Shown here in pieces: positions 1 to 10,046 of a stretch of DNA of 64,000 nucleotides. The position numbers were made by a program, and so were the translations under genes. The notes below the pieces were generated by a model, which saw nothing but the letters and a program-made list of their open reading frames with translations, was not told the DNA's origin and did no database searches. The stretch is from a virus, in the IMG/VR virus record IMGVR_UViG_3300022602_000033; one strand, 5' to 3'. Each line of letters opens with the position of its first letter. Position 1 is the first letter of the stretch.

Positions 1-222
1 CGTGAACCACACACGGCCTATGCGTTCTGGGCAGTGGTGGGCAAGATCATCACAGTGAAGACTCATCAATACTACAACAAGGGCAGCATGCACGGGCTGG
101 AAAAGCGCAAGATTGCCAATAAGTATGCAGAGATACCTGTGGATGATCTGCTGGTACGCTGGCCCCAGTTCTGGGAACAGCTGGAGCAGGCTATAATATT
201 CCACAAGCTCAGCGAGGGATGA
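1..222 (+). CDS. Hypothetical protein, 5'-truncated by window edge
   Basis: Frame 1 is open from base 1 to TGA at 220-222, which overlaps the ATG of the next gene (ATGA). Confidence 0.6.
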   Translation, partial: REPHTAYAFWAVVGKIITVKTHQYYNKGSMHGLEKRKIANKYAEIPVDDLLVRWPQFWEQLEQAIIFHKLSEG

Positions 223-581
223 ACATGAGAGCAGCTGTAACATTGACAGAATCAGCACAAGCGCATATTACCAACATACTGTCTGGTAATCCCGGCAAGC
301 ATCTGCGTGTGGCAGTGAACAACAAGGGCTGCAGTGGACACAAGTATGAGTATGACCTCAGGGACTGGGATGACCATGCCAAGTTTGATGAGGTAGTGGA
401 CTGGGATGGTGGCCGCTTGGTCATAGACGGAACCAGCCTCATGGCACTGCTGGGCAGTGAACTGGATCTACAGACCACGCAGTTTGAATCTCAGCTGGTG
501 TGGCACAATCCCATGGCAGTGAATGCCTGCGGCTGCGGTGAAAGCTTTCAACTGGTCACGGACATACATGCTCATTATTGA
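219..581 (+). CDS. iscA: HesB/IscA/SufA-family A-type Fe-S cluster carrier protein
   Basis: 120 aa with LTESA N-terminus, KGCSG and C-terminal NP..CGCGESF: the three conserved Cys of A-type carriers. Confidence 0.93.
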   Translation: MNMRAAVTLTESAQAHITNILSGNPGKHLRVAVNNKGCSGHKYEYDLRDWDDHAKFDEVVDWDGGRLVIDGTSLMALLGSELDLQTTQFESQLVWHNPMAVNACGCGESFQLVTDIHAHY

Positions 582-1161
582 TCGTCGCTGGACCACTCGG
601 CTATGGTACAAGCGGTTCACGCATGCCGTGGACATTGCGTGCGACCCACAGATGGACACAGATCCGGTAAAGTGGGCCCGCAAGCACCTCAAAGGCCGAG
701 CTAGGACCTACAGTGATTATCAGCGCACAGGCTCTTGGCCCAAGTGGGTGCGCACTCGCAAGAGCGTGCGCCTCTATGTGACTGGCAGCGACTACCAGAT
801 GGTGTTGGACAACTGGGGCCCTCGTGTGCGCATGGTCAGCATGCCTTTCAGTGCCACAGCTGAAGCAGAGCTGCTCAGCGGCATGATCATCAACCTGCGC
901 GACAAGCTCTATTGGAACCGCTATCGCTATGCCATCAACTTCTACTGCAAGAATGGTGTGAAGTCCGGGTTGGCAGAGTGGATCAGAGACTGCTTGTCCT
1001 CGGACAAGCGAGCAGTGCGATTGGGCAGAGGCACTCACTTTCCCATACTGTATCTCAGAGATGAGAGCGACATGGTCTTGGTCAAGATGGTGGAACCGGC
1101 ACGTATCATACAGATCACTCGTGCCTACACCCACAGTGAAATCGTCTCAGCCCTACTATAA
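568..1161 (+). CDS. Hypothetical phage protein (basic)
   Basis: Long ORF. ATG at 568 (MLIIDRRW) overlapping the iscA end is preferred over 523. Confidence 0.7.
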   Translation: MLIIDRRWTTRLWYKRFTHAVDIACDPQMDTDPVKWARKHLKGRARTYSDYQRTGSWPKWVRTRKSVRLYVTGSDYQMVLDNWGPRVRMVSMPFSATAEAELLSGMIINLRDKLYWNRYRYAINFYCKNGVKSGLAEWIRDCLSSDKRAVRLGRGTHFPILYLRDESDMVLVKMVEPARIIQITRAYTHSEIVSALL

Positions 1162-1164
1162 ATA
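1157..1164 (+). promoter_or_regulatory. T4-type late promoter TATAAATA
   Basis: Exact T4 late consensus immediately upstream of the structural gene at 1189. Confidence 0.75.
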
Positions 1165-1188
1165 TCCTGCATATTGCGCAGGAACACC

Positions 1189-3978
1189 ATGGCCACAGCT
1201 CCAAGTTGGATAACCACCCCTAACCTAGGCGTGTATTCAGAGACCTACAGCTTCAACATCAACCCCATCGTGGTGGAGTTTGTGGCTATCAACGGCAACA
1301 CTGTGGCACAGATCAACGGGGCACTGCCCTTGGGCCTCAGTTGGCAGGCAGTGGGCAGCAACGTGGAGGTCACTGGCGAGAGCACAGAGATATTCACTGA
1401 GACCTTTGGAGACATAACCTGGCGCATCACGGGCTCAGATGGTGCTGTGGCTGATCGCAGCTATCATATACAGATCAACCCTGCACTGTTGCCTCCCAGC
1501 TGGTTAGGTCAGCCACAGTTCCTAGGCTATGCGGCCAGTGGCGGTACCAGCACCTATAAGGTCACTGCTCATTCTGTGAGCAACCTGAACATTGCATACA
1601 GCATACCTCTGTTCACGCCGCCCACAGGCATCAGCATTGTGGGCAGTAACGGTTTAATAACCTACAGCGCACCGGTGACAACCACTGACCAGACCATCAG
1701 CTTTCCCGTGAGGGCCACAACAGGGGCTGTGAGCAGCGATCTCACGGTCAGCATCGACCTGCTCACTGTGCCTCATGCGCCTGTGTGGTACACCAACAGC
1801 GGGTTGCTGCAGATAGTCACCGAGGGAGAATTTGTTGAGATTGATCTGGTTGCCTATGACAGCAGCGGTGCAGTGATCACCTATGCCGTGGTGAACAGTG
1901 TTCCGGCATTGCCCTTCACGCTCACTGCCACAGGTCTGATATACGGTCATGCTCCCACGCTGTATAACACCACTGTGTATCAGTTCACGGTCAGCGCTAC
2001 CAGCGTGAACGGCACAGCCACACAGACCATGGACATCATAACCGAACCAGTGACCATAGGTGCGCTGCTGTATTGGAACAGCCCCAGCAACTGTGGCACC
2101 ATCAGCGACGGGGCATATGTCACGCTGGACGTGAGCGCTACCAGCAAGCGCAGCGTGATAAACTACAGCATCGTTGGTGGCATACTGCCTCGCGGATTGA
2201 TACTGAACAGGCAAGACGGTATACTATCAGGTTTCGCAGAATACCAGACCAGAGATCGCAGCTATCTCTTTGATGTCAGTGCCAGCGATGGCATACAGAC
2301 CATCGTTCGCACCTTCTCAGTGACCATACTGCGCAGCACTCAGTACCAGTACATGAGCATGACCATACCGGTTGAAGGCAGCCTCAAGGACATCTATTAT
2401 CAATACATCGGAGCTACCATCAACAGCACCTGGGTTCCTTACAGCAGCGTCACGCCTCAGAGCGTGCTGTATCCGACATCCATCCAGCTGATCAATGGCC
2501 TCAACTATGCCATAGACGATCCTGCAGCAGCCATATACTTTGCCAATCTATCGCTGAACACCACAGAGATAATGATAGGAGCCAGCACCAACGTCAACGT
2601 GTCGCCCAGCACCACGCTGTTTTATAGTCCCATACTGGATGCCAACGCAGGAGCAGCAGCACAGTATGCCCAGGCCAACAACGTAACGATCTCAGCCACT
2701 GCCACCCTGAGCGTGCACACTGGACCCAAGATAGTCATAGTGGTAGCTGATGCTGGCACTTGGTTAGACAGTGCCACGGTTGGTACCACGGTGAGGCTCA
2801 CAGCACAGGGTACCACAAACATATGGATGCAGGGTTCTGTGACAGCATATGTGAGCGGCAGCACAGTGATGAGCATTGCTGTGACCCAGACCAGCGGCAG
2901 CGGCACCTACAGCAACTGGCAGCTGAGCCTAGCTCCTAGCTATCCACCCAGCTTGACAAACATGCGCAATGAGCTCATAGCCGGGCTGGGCTGGGTCAGC
3001 GACGGTCAAGGATCAGCAGCACAGCTGTTGCCGCTTATAGATCCCACGACCACTGCCGTGATAGGCGCAGAGATAGTGGATCCTGGCAACGGTTATCTCT
3101 ATGGCCCCGGTCTGACAGTGATTGGCTCAGGCAACGGCGCGGTATTAGCAGCCAATCTCACAGTGATCAGCGCAAACATCACCGCAGCTGGCACCGGTTG
3201 GGCACTGGGAGATCAGATACTGCTGCCACAACCTGCGGTCACACCAGCACAGCTCGTGGTCAGTGCTGTGAACAACAGTGGTGGTATCACTGCTTTGACC
3301 CTGACCACAGGCGGCGAATATGCCAGCTTTCCCGCAGGCGAACAGCTGATAACCAACGACGCAGGACTGCCAGCACGCATCAGCATCAACCTGGGAGTGG
3401 GCAATGTCTGGGTAGCTGCTGGCGGCAGCAACTATGTGGCCAGTGGCAGCACCATCAGCACTTCAGGCAGCGAGCTGCTGCCCAGCTGGCAGCAGACTTG
3501 GACACCCTATCTGGCACTGGGCACGGTGTTCACAGAGTATGGTGGACAGGTCGTGGGCAAAGAAACTGCCACCGTGACTTCGCAGCTGTACTATCAGCGT
3601 TGGCCCCTGCAGCATGTGATACTGGAACTGCAGGGCATCAATTGGACTGGCGACACCACCTTTGATCAGCAATATACCAGCTTTGATGGCGGTGCCACTG
3701 CCTGGGGCGAGTGGCTGGAACCCCGAGACACCATACTGGACCAAGATCTGACCATATTCAACCAAACCAACACGCGCTTCGACGATGACTATGCAGCATG
3801 GCAGGATTATGCATATTATGCCTGGGGTAGCACGCAGTTTGATGACCAGTTCACCATATTTGACCTCTACAGCACTGTGTTTGATAACGGACCAACGCCA
3901 ACTGCCAGCATCACGCTGCTGCGCAGGCTGCTGCGCATAGTAACCCAAGAGATCAGCGGCCACAACGTGGTGGTATGA
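1189..3978 (+). CDS. Virion structural protein (probable baseplate wedge component) with tandem Ig/cadherin-like domains
   Basis: AGGA RBS then ATG at 1189. Repeated PxW...G.LP.GL.L...G.I.G beta-domains; C-terminal T-x-F-D repeats. Confidence 0.7.
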   Translation: MATAPSWITTPNLGVYSETYSFNINPIVVEFVAINGNTVAQINGALPLGLSWQAVGSNVEVTGESTEIFTETFGDITWRITGSDGAVADRSYHIQINPALLPPSWLGQPQFLGYAASGGTSTYKVTAHSVSNLNIAYSIPLFTPPTGISIVGSNGLITYSAPVTTTDQTISFPVRATTGAVSSDLTVSIDLLTVPHAPVWYTNSGLLQIVTEGEFVEIDLVAYDSSGAVITYAVVNSVPALPFTLTATGLIYGHAPTLYNTTVYQFTVSATSVNGTATQTMDIITEPVTIGALLYWNSPSNCGTISDGAYVTLDVSATSKRSVINYSIVGGILPRGLILNRQDGILSGFAEYQTRDRSYLFDVSASDGIQTIVRTFSVTILRSTQYQYMSMTIPVEGSLKDIYYQYIGATINSTWVPYSSVTPQSVLYPTSIQLINGLNYAIDDPAAAIYFANLSLNTTEIMIGASTNVNVSPSTTLFYSPILDANAGAAAQYAQANNVTISATATLSVHTGPKIVIVVADAGTWLDSATVGTTVRLTAQGTTNIWMQGSVTAYVSGSTVMSIAVTQTSGSGTYSNWQLSLAPSYPPSLTNMRNELIAGLGWVSDGQGSAAQLLPLIDPTTTAVIGAEIVDPGNGYLYGPGLTVIGSGNGAVLAANLTVISANITAAGTGWALGDQILLPQPAVTPAQLVVSAVNNSGGITALTLTTGGEYASFPAGEQLITNDAGLPARISINLGVGNVWVAAGGSNYVASGSTISTSGSELLPSWQQTWTPYLALGTVFTEYGGQVVGKETATVTSQLYYQRWPLQHVILELQGINWTGDTTFDQQYTSFDGGATAWGEWLEPRDTILDQDLTIFNQTNTRFDDDYAAWQDYAYYAWGSTQFDDQFTIFDLYSTVFDNGPTPTASITLLRRLLRIVTQEISGHNVVV

Positions 3979-3994
3979 GGCGCTAGGCCCGCGA

Positions 3995-4000
3995 TAAATA
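3995..4000 (+). promoter_or_regulatory. Late promoter core TAAATA
   Basis: GATAAATA in the intergenic gap before the collagen-like gene. Confidence 0.65.
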
Positions 4001-4027
4001 CCCTACAGCACGGAATCACGACCAGCC

Positions 4028-6211
4028 ATGACATCTAACATCAATGTAAGCGTTTCTGGGATCAACATAAACTTCCCTGTGCCAGGCATCAGCAATGACA
4101 GCGCCGGGTTTAGGAGCAATTTCGCCAACATCGTGGCAGCATTTGACACGGTTGCCAGCGAGATTGGCACGCTGTCAGCCAGCATCAATGCCACAGGTCC
4201 CACTGGTGCCACAGGCCCAGGTGGCGGTCCAACCGGTGCCACGGGTCCTGCCAGTGCTGTGACAGGTCCCACAGGCGCCAGTGGTGTTACCGGAGCCAGC
4301 GGCGCAACTGGTCCCACAGGTCCGGCCATCATGGCAGGCGCTGTGACCTATCGCCAATCGTCTCCAGCGGCAGTGTGGCCCATAGCTCACTATCTGGGAT
4401 ACCAGTTCGTGAACGTGGAAGTCAGCAACAGCGCCAATACCAGCATCGACGGTAGCCAATACGTGATCACCTTCGTGGACGCAGACAATCTCACCATACA
4501 GTTCGCATCAGCTCAGACAGGTTATGCGGCAGTGACCAGCGGCGGAGGTCTACAGGGACCCAGCGGTGTCACAGGACCCACTGGCAACAGGGGTGCCACA
4601 GGACCCGCAGGCGGTCCCACTGGGCCCACAGGCGCATCAGCCACAGGTCCCACAGGACCAGGAGTGGGAGCCACGGGGCCAACAGGCGACACAGGTGCTA
4701 GCGGCGCACAAGGCAACACTGGTGCCACAGGTCCGGCAGGTACAGCCACAAACACAGGAGCCACTGGCGCTCAGGGCAGCACGGGCGACACAGGCGCCAC
4801 AGGTCCGATCGGACCACAGGGCATACAAGGGCTCAGAGGCTACACAGGGCCATCGGGTGACACTGGTGCCAGTGGCGCGGACAGCATGGTCACAGGTCCC
4901 ACGGGTTACACAGGCCCCACAGGACCAAGTGGTTTTGGTGCTACTGGTGCCACAGGTGCAGCCAGCACAGTCACAGGTCCCACAGGATCAACTGGTGTGA
5001 CTGGCGCCACAGGCCCTCTGGGCACAGGCCCCACTGGTGCTACCAGCACAGTGACCGGTCCTACTGGCATCAGAGGTGCCACAGGTGCCACAGGCTCCAG
5101 CGGTCCCACTGGCGTGCGAGGTGCCACAGGTGTGACTGGTGCTGCCAGCACGGTCACTGGCCCACGCGGAACCACAGGGCCGGCAGGTCCACAAGGTGAT
5201 CAAGGTCCAACTGGTTCCACAGGTGCCACAGGGCACACAGGTGTCACAGGCCCCAGCGGTGGTCCACGCGGACCAACTGGTCCCACAGGTATTGGTGGTA
5301 CCACCGGTGCCACAGGTGCACCTGGTCTGGCTGGCCTCACAGGTGCCACAGGAGCAACAGGTGCCACGGGTGCCAGCTCAACTGGTCCCACGGGTCCCAG
5401 CGGTGGTCCCCCAGGACCCACAGGCGAAAGTGGTCCCACAGGTCCAACCGGACCTAGGATCACAGGCCCAACTGGTGCAGACAGCGTGATCACAGGCCCC
5501 ACAGGCACCACGGGCCCTGCCACCACTGGTCCCACAGGTGCCACAGGATTTGGCCAGCGCGGTCCCACAGGCTACACTGGACCAACTGGCGCTCCCGGAC
5601 AGAGCTACACTGGACCAACTGGTGCAACATCCACAGTCACTGGTCCCACTGGCAATGACAGCACCGTGACAGGTCCCACAGGCTACACTGGACCCACTGG
5701 CAACGACAGCACAGTCACAGGTCCCACTGGCGACACAGGACCAACTGGCCCCGACAGCACGGTCACAGGTCCCACTGGCGATTTTGGTCCCACGGGTCCC
5801 ACAGGTCCGGACAGCACAGTAACTGGCCCCATAGGCTACACTGGACCCACAGGCGTCACAGGTTACACAGGCTACACTGGTCCCACAGGTGCTACCAGCA
5901 CAGTGCAGGGACCCACAGGCTACACAGGTCCCACAGGCAACAGCGGTCCCACAGGTCCAACCAGCACCATGAGTGGTCCCACTGGCCACACGGGTGCCAC
6001 AGGTGACAGAGGTCTGACTGGTCCCACTGGCGCCACAGGTGCACCAGGTGTGCTTACCAGCTACACTGTGGCAGAGCTCACGGGTGGTAGCCCTGTGATC
6101 AGCCCAGTGCCAGCAGGACAGATGGTGTATGTGAGCAATGGGTTGGGCGGCAGGCCATTTGCGGTCAGCACTGGTGCAGTGTGGAAGTATGCCGACGGCA
6201 CCAACGTGTGA
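4028..6211 (+). CDS. Collagen-like (Gly-X-Thr) fibre protein
   Basis: N-terminal anchor FPVPG.NDS.GFRSNF shared with the next gene, long GPT/GAT/GYT triplet tracts, small globular domain near aa 105-170, short C-terminal cap. Confidence 0.85.
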   Translation: MTSNINVSVSGININFPVPGISNDSAGFRSNFANIVAAFDTVASEIGTLSASINATGPTGATGPGGGPTGATGPASAVTGPTGASGVTGASGATGPTGPAIMAGAVTYRQSSPAAVWPIAHYLGYQFVNVEVSNSANTSIDGSQYVITFVDADNLTIQFASAQTGYAAVTSGGGLQGPSGVTGPTGNRGATGPAGGPTGPTGASATGPTGPGVGATGPTGDTGASGAQGNTGATGPAGTATNTGATGAQGSTGDTGATGPIGPQGIQGLRGYTGPSGDTGASGADSMVTGPTGYTGPTGPSGFGATGATGAASTVTGPTGSTGVTGATGPLGTGPTGATSTVTGPTGIRGATGATGSSGPTGVRGATGVTGAASTVTGPRGTTGPAGPQGDQGPTGSTGATGHTGVTGPSGGPRGPTGPTGIGGTTGATGAPGLAGLTGATGATGATGASSTGPTGPSGGPPGPTGESGPTGPTGPRITGPTGADSVITGPTGTTGPATTGPTGATGFGQRGPTGYTGPTGAPGQSYTGPTGATSTVTGPTGNDSTVTGPTGYTGPTGNDSTVTGPTGDTGPTGPDSTVTGPTGDFGPTGPTGPDSTVTGPIGYTGPTGVTGYTGYTGPTGATSTVQGPTGYTGPTGNSGPTGPTSTMSGPTGHTGATGDRGLTGPTGATGAPGVLTSYTVAELTGGSPVISPVPAGQMVYVSNGLGGRPFAVSTGAVWKYADGTNV
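4545..6050 (+). repeat. Collagen-like 9-bp-period coding repeat (GGTCCCACA/GGTGCCACA)
   Basis: Visible tandem GPT/GAT codon repeats with interruptions such as DSTVT. Boundaries approximate. Confidence 0.85.
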
Positions 6212-6220
6212 TTGAGCCGA

Positions 6221-6226
6221 TAAATA
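6221..6226 (+). promoter_or_regulatory. Late promoter core TAAATA
   Basis: GCCGATAAATACTGGC upstream of the AGGA RBS and gene 6249. Confidence 0.65.
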
Positions 6227-6248
6227 CTGGCTAGCATAGGAAAACTCC

Positions 6249-7538
6249 ATGGCCGTAGGCAGCAACGTCAATCCCAACTATCCCATACCTGGCATAGACC
6301 AGAGCAGCAAGGGATTCCGTGACAACTTCAGCACCATCAAGACTGAGATCGAAAATCTGCAGGCCAAGAACATCGTGCTGCAGGGCGATGCCACAGGCAA
6401 TGCCATCATAGACAGTGGATCAGGCGCTGTGGTGATCAACACCGTGGTAGCTGTGGCCAATGCAGCTGCTGGTGGCATCAACTACAGCGTGCAGTACAAC
6501 GCACAGGGTGTGGTCAAGGGCGACAGCAATGTGCTCTATGACTATGACACCAACACGCTGATAGTGGACGTGGCTTTCCCAGACACTGGCTACAGCTTGG
6601 ATGCCAACAGCACCAAGATACACAACCTGCTGGCCATACAAGGCGACGATGCCCCAGCTGTGCTCAGCATCACCGGAGGCGATGCTACCTATCCCACAGT
6701 GAGCTTGAGCAGTGAAACCAACAGCGGAGTGGGTCAGGCCAATCTCAACATTGCCAACGCAGACACAGTCACGGCAGACACCCTGAACATACAGTTCAAT
6801 GGCATGAACGCAGCACAGTTCAACGCCAATGGCATGAGCGTGGGTGCTGTGTATCTTTCAACTGTGGGCAGCCCTGTGGGTTATCTGGAAGTGTATGCCG
6901 ACGGTCAACCAGACATAGCCAACTTCTACACCATCTATCCCAACAGCGACAACGGTGTGCGACTGGAGACAGCTGATCCCAACAGCTCAGTGGGCTTGGT
7001 GCTGCAACAGACCAATGCTGACGCAGTGGCTGGTATAAGGATAGGACAGACAGGAAATCTCACGCTGCACACTGGTCTAAACAATGGTGCCGATCTAGAT
7101 GACAGCAGCATAGTGGTGCTGGTAGACCAGAGTGGGCGCATGGGCGTGGGCATCAACGAACCGCAGTTCAGGTTGGACGTGGATGGTGGCATGCAGTGGA
7201 ACCTGCCAAAGAGCGCCAACGTGAATGCCACCAGCTCAGGTTTGGTGGGCGTGGCAGTGGACAGCTGGGATGTGCAGGTATATCGCAGCGCAGACTACAC
7301 CGTGCAGGTCACTGACACTGCAGGCTTGGTCGAGATAACCAAGCTGGTGGTGATGCATGACAACGGCATTGCCTATCAATACATCTACGCCAATCTCAAC
7401 AGCGGCGGAGGCGGCACTGGGCCAACCACGCTGGGAACCATAACTGCCAGCATCACTGGCAGCACCATGCAGCTGATCTATGCTGCCATCACCACTGACA
7501 CTGCAGTCAAGGTTGATGTGACCTACGTAACCCTATGA
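6249..7538 (+). CDS. Virion fibre/anchor structural protein
   Basis: N-terminus YPIPG.DQSSKGFRDNF paralogous to 4028. GRMGVGINEP fibre motif; C-terminal YRSADY..Q beta-domain. Confidence 0.7.
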   Translation: MAVGSNVNPNYPIPGIDQSSKGFRDNFSTIKTEIENLQAKNIVLQGDATGNAIIDSGSGAVVINTVVAVANAAAGGINYSVQYNAQGVVKGDSNVLYDYDTNTLIVDVAFPDTGYSLDANSTKIHNLLAIQGDDAPAVLSITGGDATYPTVSLSSETNSGVGQANLNIANADTVTADTLNIQFNGMNAAQFNANGMSVGAVYLSTVGSPVGYLEVYADGQPDIANFYTIYPNSDNGVRLETADPNSSVGLVLQQTNADAVAGIRIGQTGNLTLHTGLNNGADLDDSSIVVLVDQSGRMGVGINEPQFRLDVDGGMQWNLPKSANVNATSSGLVGVAVDSWDVQVYRSADYTVQVTDTAGLVEITKLVVMHDNGIAYQYIYANLNSGGGGTGPTTLGTITASITGSTMQLIYAAITTDTAVKVDVTYVTL

Positions 7539-7550
7539 TGAGGAACTGAC

Positions 7551-7880
7551 ATGACCACTACCACTCCACAGATATTTGGGCAGGCCAAGCCAATAGCGCT
7601 CATCGAAACCACGCTGCTCACGGTGAGTGGCACTGCACAGGCACAGATCAGTTTGTTCGTGTGCAACCAAGGCGCCACCGTGGACAACTTCAGCATAGAG
7701 CTGATACCCAGCGGTGACAGCCCAGATCCCAGCAGGTTCATAGCATACAACACTCCCATACTGGCCAACGGCGTGTTTGCTGTGGCTGGCGTGAGCCTCA
7801 ACAGCGGTGACAGCGTGTTGGTCAGCACGGTCAACGGCAACTGCAGCATCACTGCCACAGGCCTTGCCATCAACAACTGA
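7551..7880 (+). CDS. Small virion structural protein (beta-rich)
   Basis: GAGGA RBS; 109 aa all-beta pattern; same operon as 6249. Confidence 0.7.
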   Translation: MTTTTPQIFGQAKPIALIETTLLTVSGTAQAQISLFVCNQGATVDNFSIELIPSGDSPDPSRFIAYNTPILANGVFAVAGVSLNSGDSVLVSTVNGNCSITATGLAINN

Positions 7881-7921
7881 TAAAACCAGCCTTTATAAGG
7901 CATAATGCAGGGTCTCACTGG

Positions 7922-7927
7922 TAAATA
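7922..7927 (+). promoter_or_regulatory. Late promoter core TAAATA
   Basis: Upstream of the GGGAGG RBS of gene 7949. Confidence 0.6.
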
Positions 7928-7948
7928 TCACACTGGGAGGCGCCTGTT

Positions 7949-8230
7949 ATGGCCTCAAATATCATAAAGTTTCCGCGTGCCAAACCGCGCAGGAAGAAGA
8001 TCACGGACGTGTTGGTTGACAGGATCACACCAACTGATACCCATGTTAGCCTGGGCAGAGTGCCTTTCACCTGTGCGGAATGCGGCAGCACAGCACAGTT
8101 TGATTTCACCAACGTGATATTCAAGCATGTGACATTCTTCTGTGCAGCATGCGGACACGGTTACAAGGTTTCAAACCCCATGTTTGCTGAACCCACCGTG
8201 AAAGTGCGCATCGTGCAAGGCCGTGGTTGA
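7949..8230 (+). CDS. Small Zn-ribbon protein
   Basis: Strong GGAGG RBS; CAEC...CAAC pair of CxxC motifs. Confidence 0.75.
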   Translation: MASNIIKFPRAKPRRKKITDVLVDRITPTDTHVSLGRVPFTCAECGSTAQFDFTNVIFKHVTFFCAACGHGYKVSNPMFAEPTVKVRIVQGRG

Positions 8231-8255
8231 TCAACACTGAGATCAGCAGTAACAT
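8227..8255 (+). promoter_or_regulatory. Possible sigma70-type promoter (TTGATC-17-TAACAT)
   Basis: 17-bp spacing. ATG of gene 8262 lies 6 nt after the -10, which would make it leaderless. Confidence 0.4.
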
Positions 8256-8261
8256 AGCTGC

Positions 8262-8510
8262 ATGAATGAACATCCTTTAACAGACAATCTCATGGACCTC
8301 AGCTACGAGGATCTGGACAAACGCATAAACGAGCTGACCAAGCGCTGGCACACCGCACGCCGCATGAACATGAATCCTGACGTCATGCACCAATTGGACG
8401 TGATGCTGAACGGTCTGGAAGCAGAAAAGCACCGGCGAGCATTTGCTGTTGATGACAAGAGCGGTGTGGTCATAGACACAGATTGGAAGACCGATGCCAA
8501 GGAGAAGTGA
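8262..8510 (+). CDS. Hypothetical small helical protein
   Basis: 82-aa ORF with helical/coiled-coil pattern, tightly packed with neighbours. Confidence 0.75.
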   Translation: MNEHPLTDNLMDLSYEDLDKRINELTKRWHTARRMNMNPDVMHQLDVMLNGLEAEKHRRAFAVDDKSGVVIDTDWKTDAKEK

Positions 8511-9159
8511 GGGCGGCGTGGGAACCACGCTGGGCAGCAATCACAGATTCCTCAGGTTGACCAACGATCATTTGGTGATCACGGAATGCTATTTTGATTT
8601 CAATCTGGAAGTCATACCTGGTGCTCCCAAGGCCAAGCAAGCAGAGCTGATCAGCAGGCAGAAGTACTGGTTGGACAACTGCTTGGAAAACTGCATCATC
8701 ATGGCCATGGACAAGGCAGTGAATCCAGACTTCCTGGAAGGCATCGGCAATGCCATAATGTTTGCGCCCACAGATCCCACAGATTTCCTCATACAGGTCA
8801 TGGTGCATGCCAAGCTGCACGCCATAGGTGCAGGCATGGTAAACATTGACAGCAGCCACATGACCAGTGACATCAGCAATGGATTTGGCATATGGTTCTC
8901 AGGTGATCCTGACGAGCTGTTGCCAGCACAGAAGGATTGGATGGGCGAGCGTGCCTACTACGAGCTGCCTTGGTGGCACCGAGGCGATGCTGGCATGATA
9001 GACATACCCTGCGGTGATGAGGATGACGTTGCTGCCAAACCAGATATAATAGTGGATTGGCACAGCATCATGGAACCGCCAGTGGTGGGCACAGACACTG
9101 AATCAGCTGAGATCATAAGGCCCAACTTCAGACCAAGGATAGTGAGCACAGATGATTGA
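8494..9159 (+). CDS. Hypothetical phage protein (acidic)
   Basis: Long ORF overlapping both neighbours. Start uncertain; a GTG at 8518 follows GGAG/GAGG. Confidence 0.7.
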   Translation: MPRRSEGGVGTTLGSNHRFLRLTNDHLVITECYFDFNLEVIPGAPKAKQAELISRQKYWLDNCLENCIIMAMDKAVNPDFLEGIGNAIMFAPTDPTDFLIQVMVHAKLHAIGAGMVNIDSSHMTSDISNGFGIWFSGDPDELLPAQKDWMGERAYYELPWWHRGDAGMIDIPCGDEDDVAAKPDIIVDWHSIMEPPVVGTDTESAEIIRPNFRPRIVSTDD

Positions 9160-9670
9160 TCTGGGCAACAGATGGATAGCTGATGATGGCACTGTGATAC
9201 TCAGTGCTGATGGTGCTGTGGAAGCACTGTACGTGGGCAGCGATCTGGATGGTTGCATTATAGTGCCATCTGAAGACGTGGCTCTGTATCAGCAAAGCTC
9301 CAAGCTGTTGGACATGGATCTACACACGCTGTGCACTGACCCTCAGCAGCTCACACCACAGGCATGGTTCGATCATTGGCACACGCCCGAGGCTCACGCA
9401 CACACAGATGTGTTGGCATACTGCTTGGCCAAGTGTGACAATGACACGCAGCGCGAACGTGTGTGCGAAGAGATGCTGTTGTTTGAAGCACGCCTCATGA
9501 TGCCAGTGCTGCGTCACTTGATCTACATGGTCAATGACCTGCGCAAGCGCGGCATAGTCTGGGGCGTGGGCAGAGGCAGCTCTGTGAGCAGCTTGGTGCT
9601 GTTCCTCATAGGCATCAACAGGATAGATCCGCTGAAATTCAATCTTGATGTCAGTGAATTTCTCAAGTAA
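9152..9670 (+). CDS. dnaE: Short DNA polymerase III alpha (DnaE)-like fragment
   Basis: ER..EE..L....V..LR..GI.WGVGRGSSVSSLVLFLIGINRIDPLKF.L..F matches the DnaE palm GRGS motif. Only 172 aa. Confidence 0.8.
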   Translation: MIDLGNRWIADDGTVILSADGAVEALYVGSDLDGCIIVPSEDVALYQQSSKLLDMDLHTLCTDPQQLTPQAWFDHWHTPEAHAHTDVLAYCLAKCDNDTQRERVCEEMLLFEARLMMPVLRHLIYMVNDLRKRGIVWGVGRGSSVSSLVLFLIGINRIDPLKFNLDVSEFLK

Positions 9671-9673
9671 ATA
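9668..9673 (+). promoter_or_regulatory. Late promoter core TAAATA
   Basis: Overlaps the dnaE-fragment stop; upstream of the GAGGAG RBS of 9693. Confidence 0.6.
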
Positions 9674-9692
9674 TGTGTGAGGAGATATCACC

Positions 9693-10046
9693 ATGGCACC
9701 AAGACACGTAACAGCCCGAGGCAAACCCATAGACATGGACAGGCTGCGCAACATGCATGGCGACAAACCTGCAGTGGGCAATGCTTCAGTTAACGCACGC
9801 GGCGACAGGCTGGGCCAAGGCGGCGTGGTACTGAAGACGCAGGAACAGATCGAAGCAGAGTGGGCAGCAGCTCGCGCAAAGATGCAGCCCAAGCCCATGG
9901 ACATCAAGACTCCTGACAAGGTCGAAGCAGCGCTGGCACGATTGGCGCCTCAGGCCAAACCCAACATAGTCACAGACGAAGGTGTGTTTGATGCTGCGGC
10001 TCATGCTGCTGCCAATCCCCGCCGCAAAGTGATTGACAAAGACTGA
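9693..10046 (+). CDS. Hypothetical phage protein upstream of groES
   Basis: GAGGAG RBS; TARGK.IDM..L...AVGN..VNARGD.LG.GG pattern. Confidence 0.75.
   Translation: MAPRHVTARGKPIDMDRLRNMHGDKPAVGNASVNARGDRLGQGGVVLKTQEQIEAEWAAARAKMQPKPMDIKTPDKVEAALARLAPQAKPNIVTDEGVFDAAAHAAANPRRKVIDKD

Noticed and set aside
4190-6050. CRISPR-like or non-coding tandem array
   Set aside because: The repeats have 9-bp codon periodicity and encode collagen triplets; there is no repeat-spacer structure.
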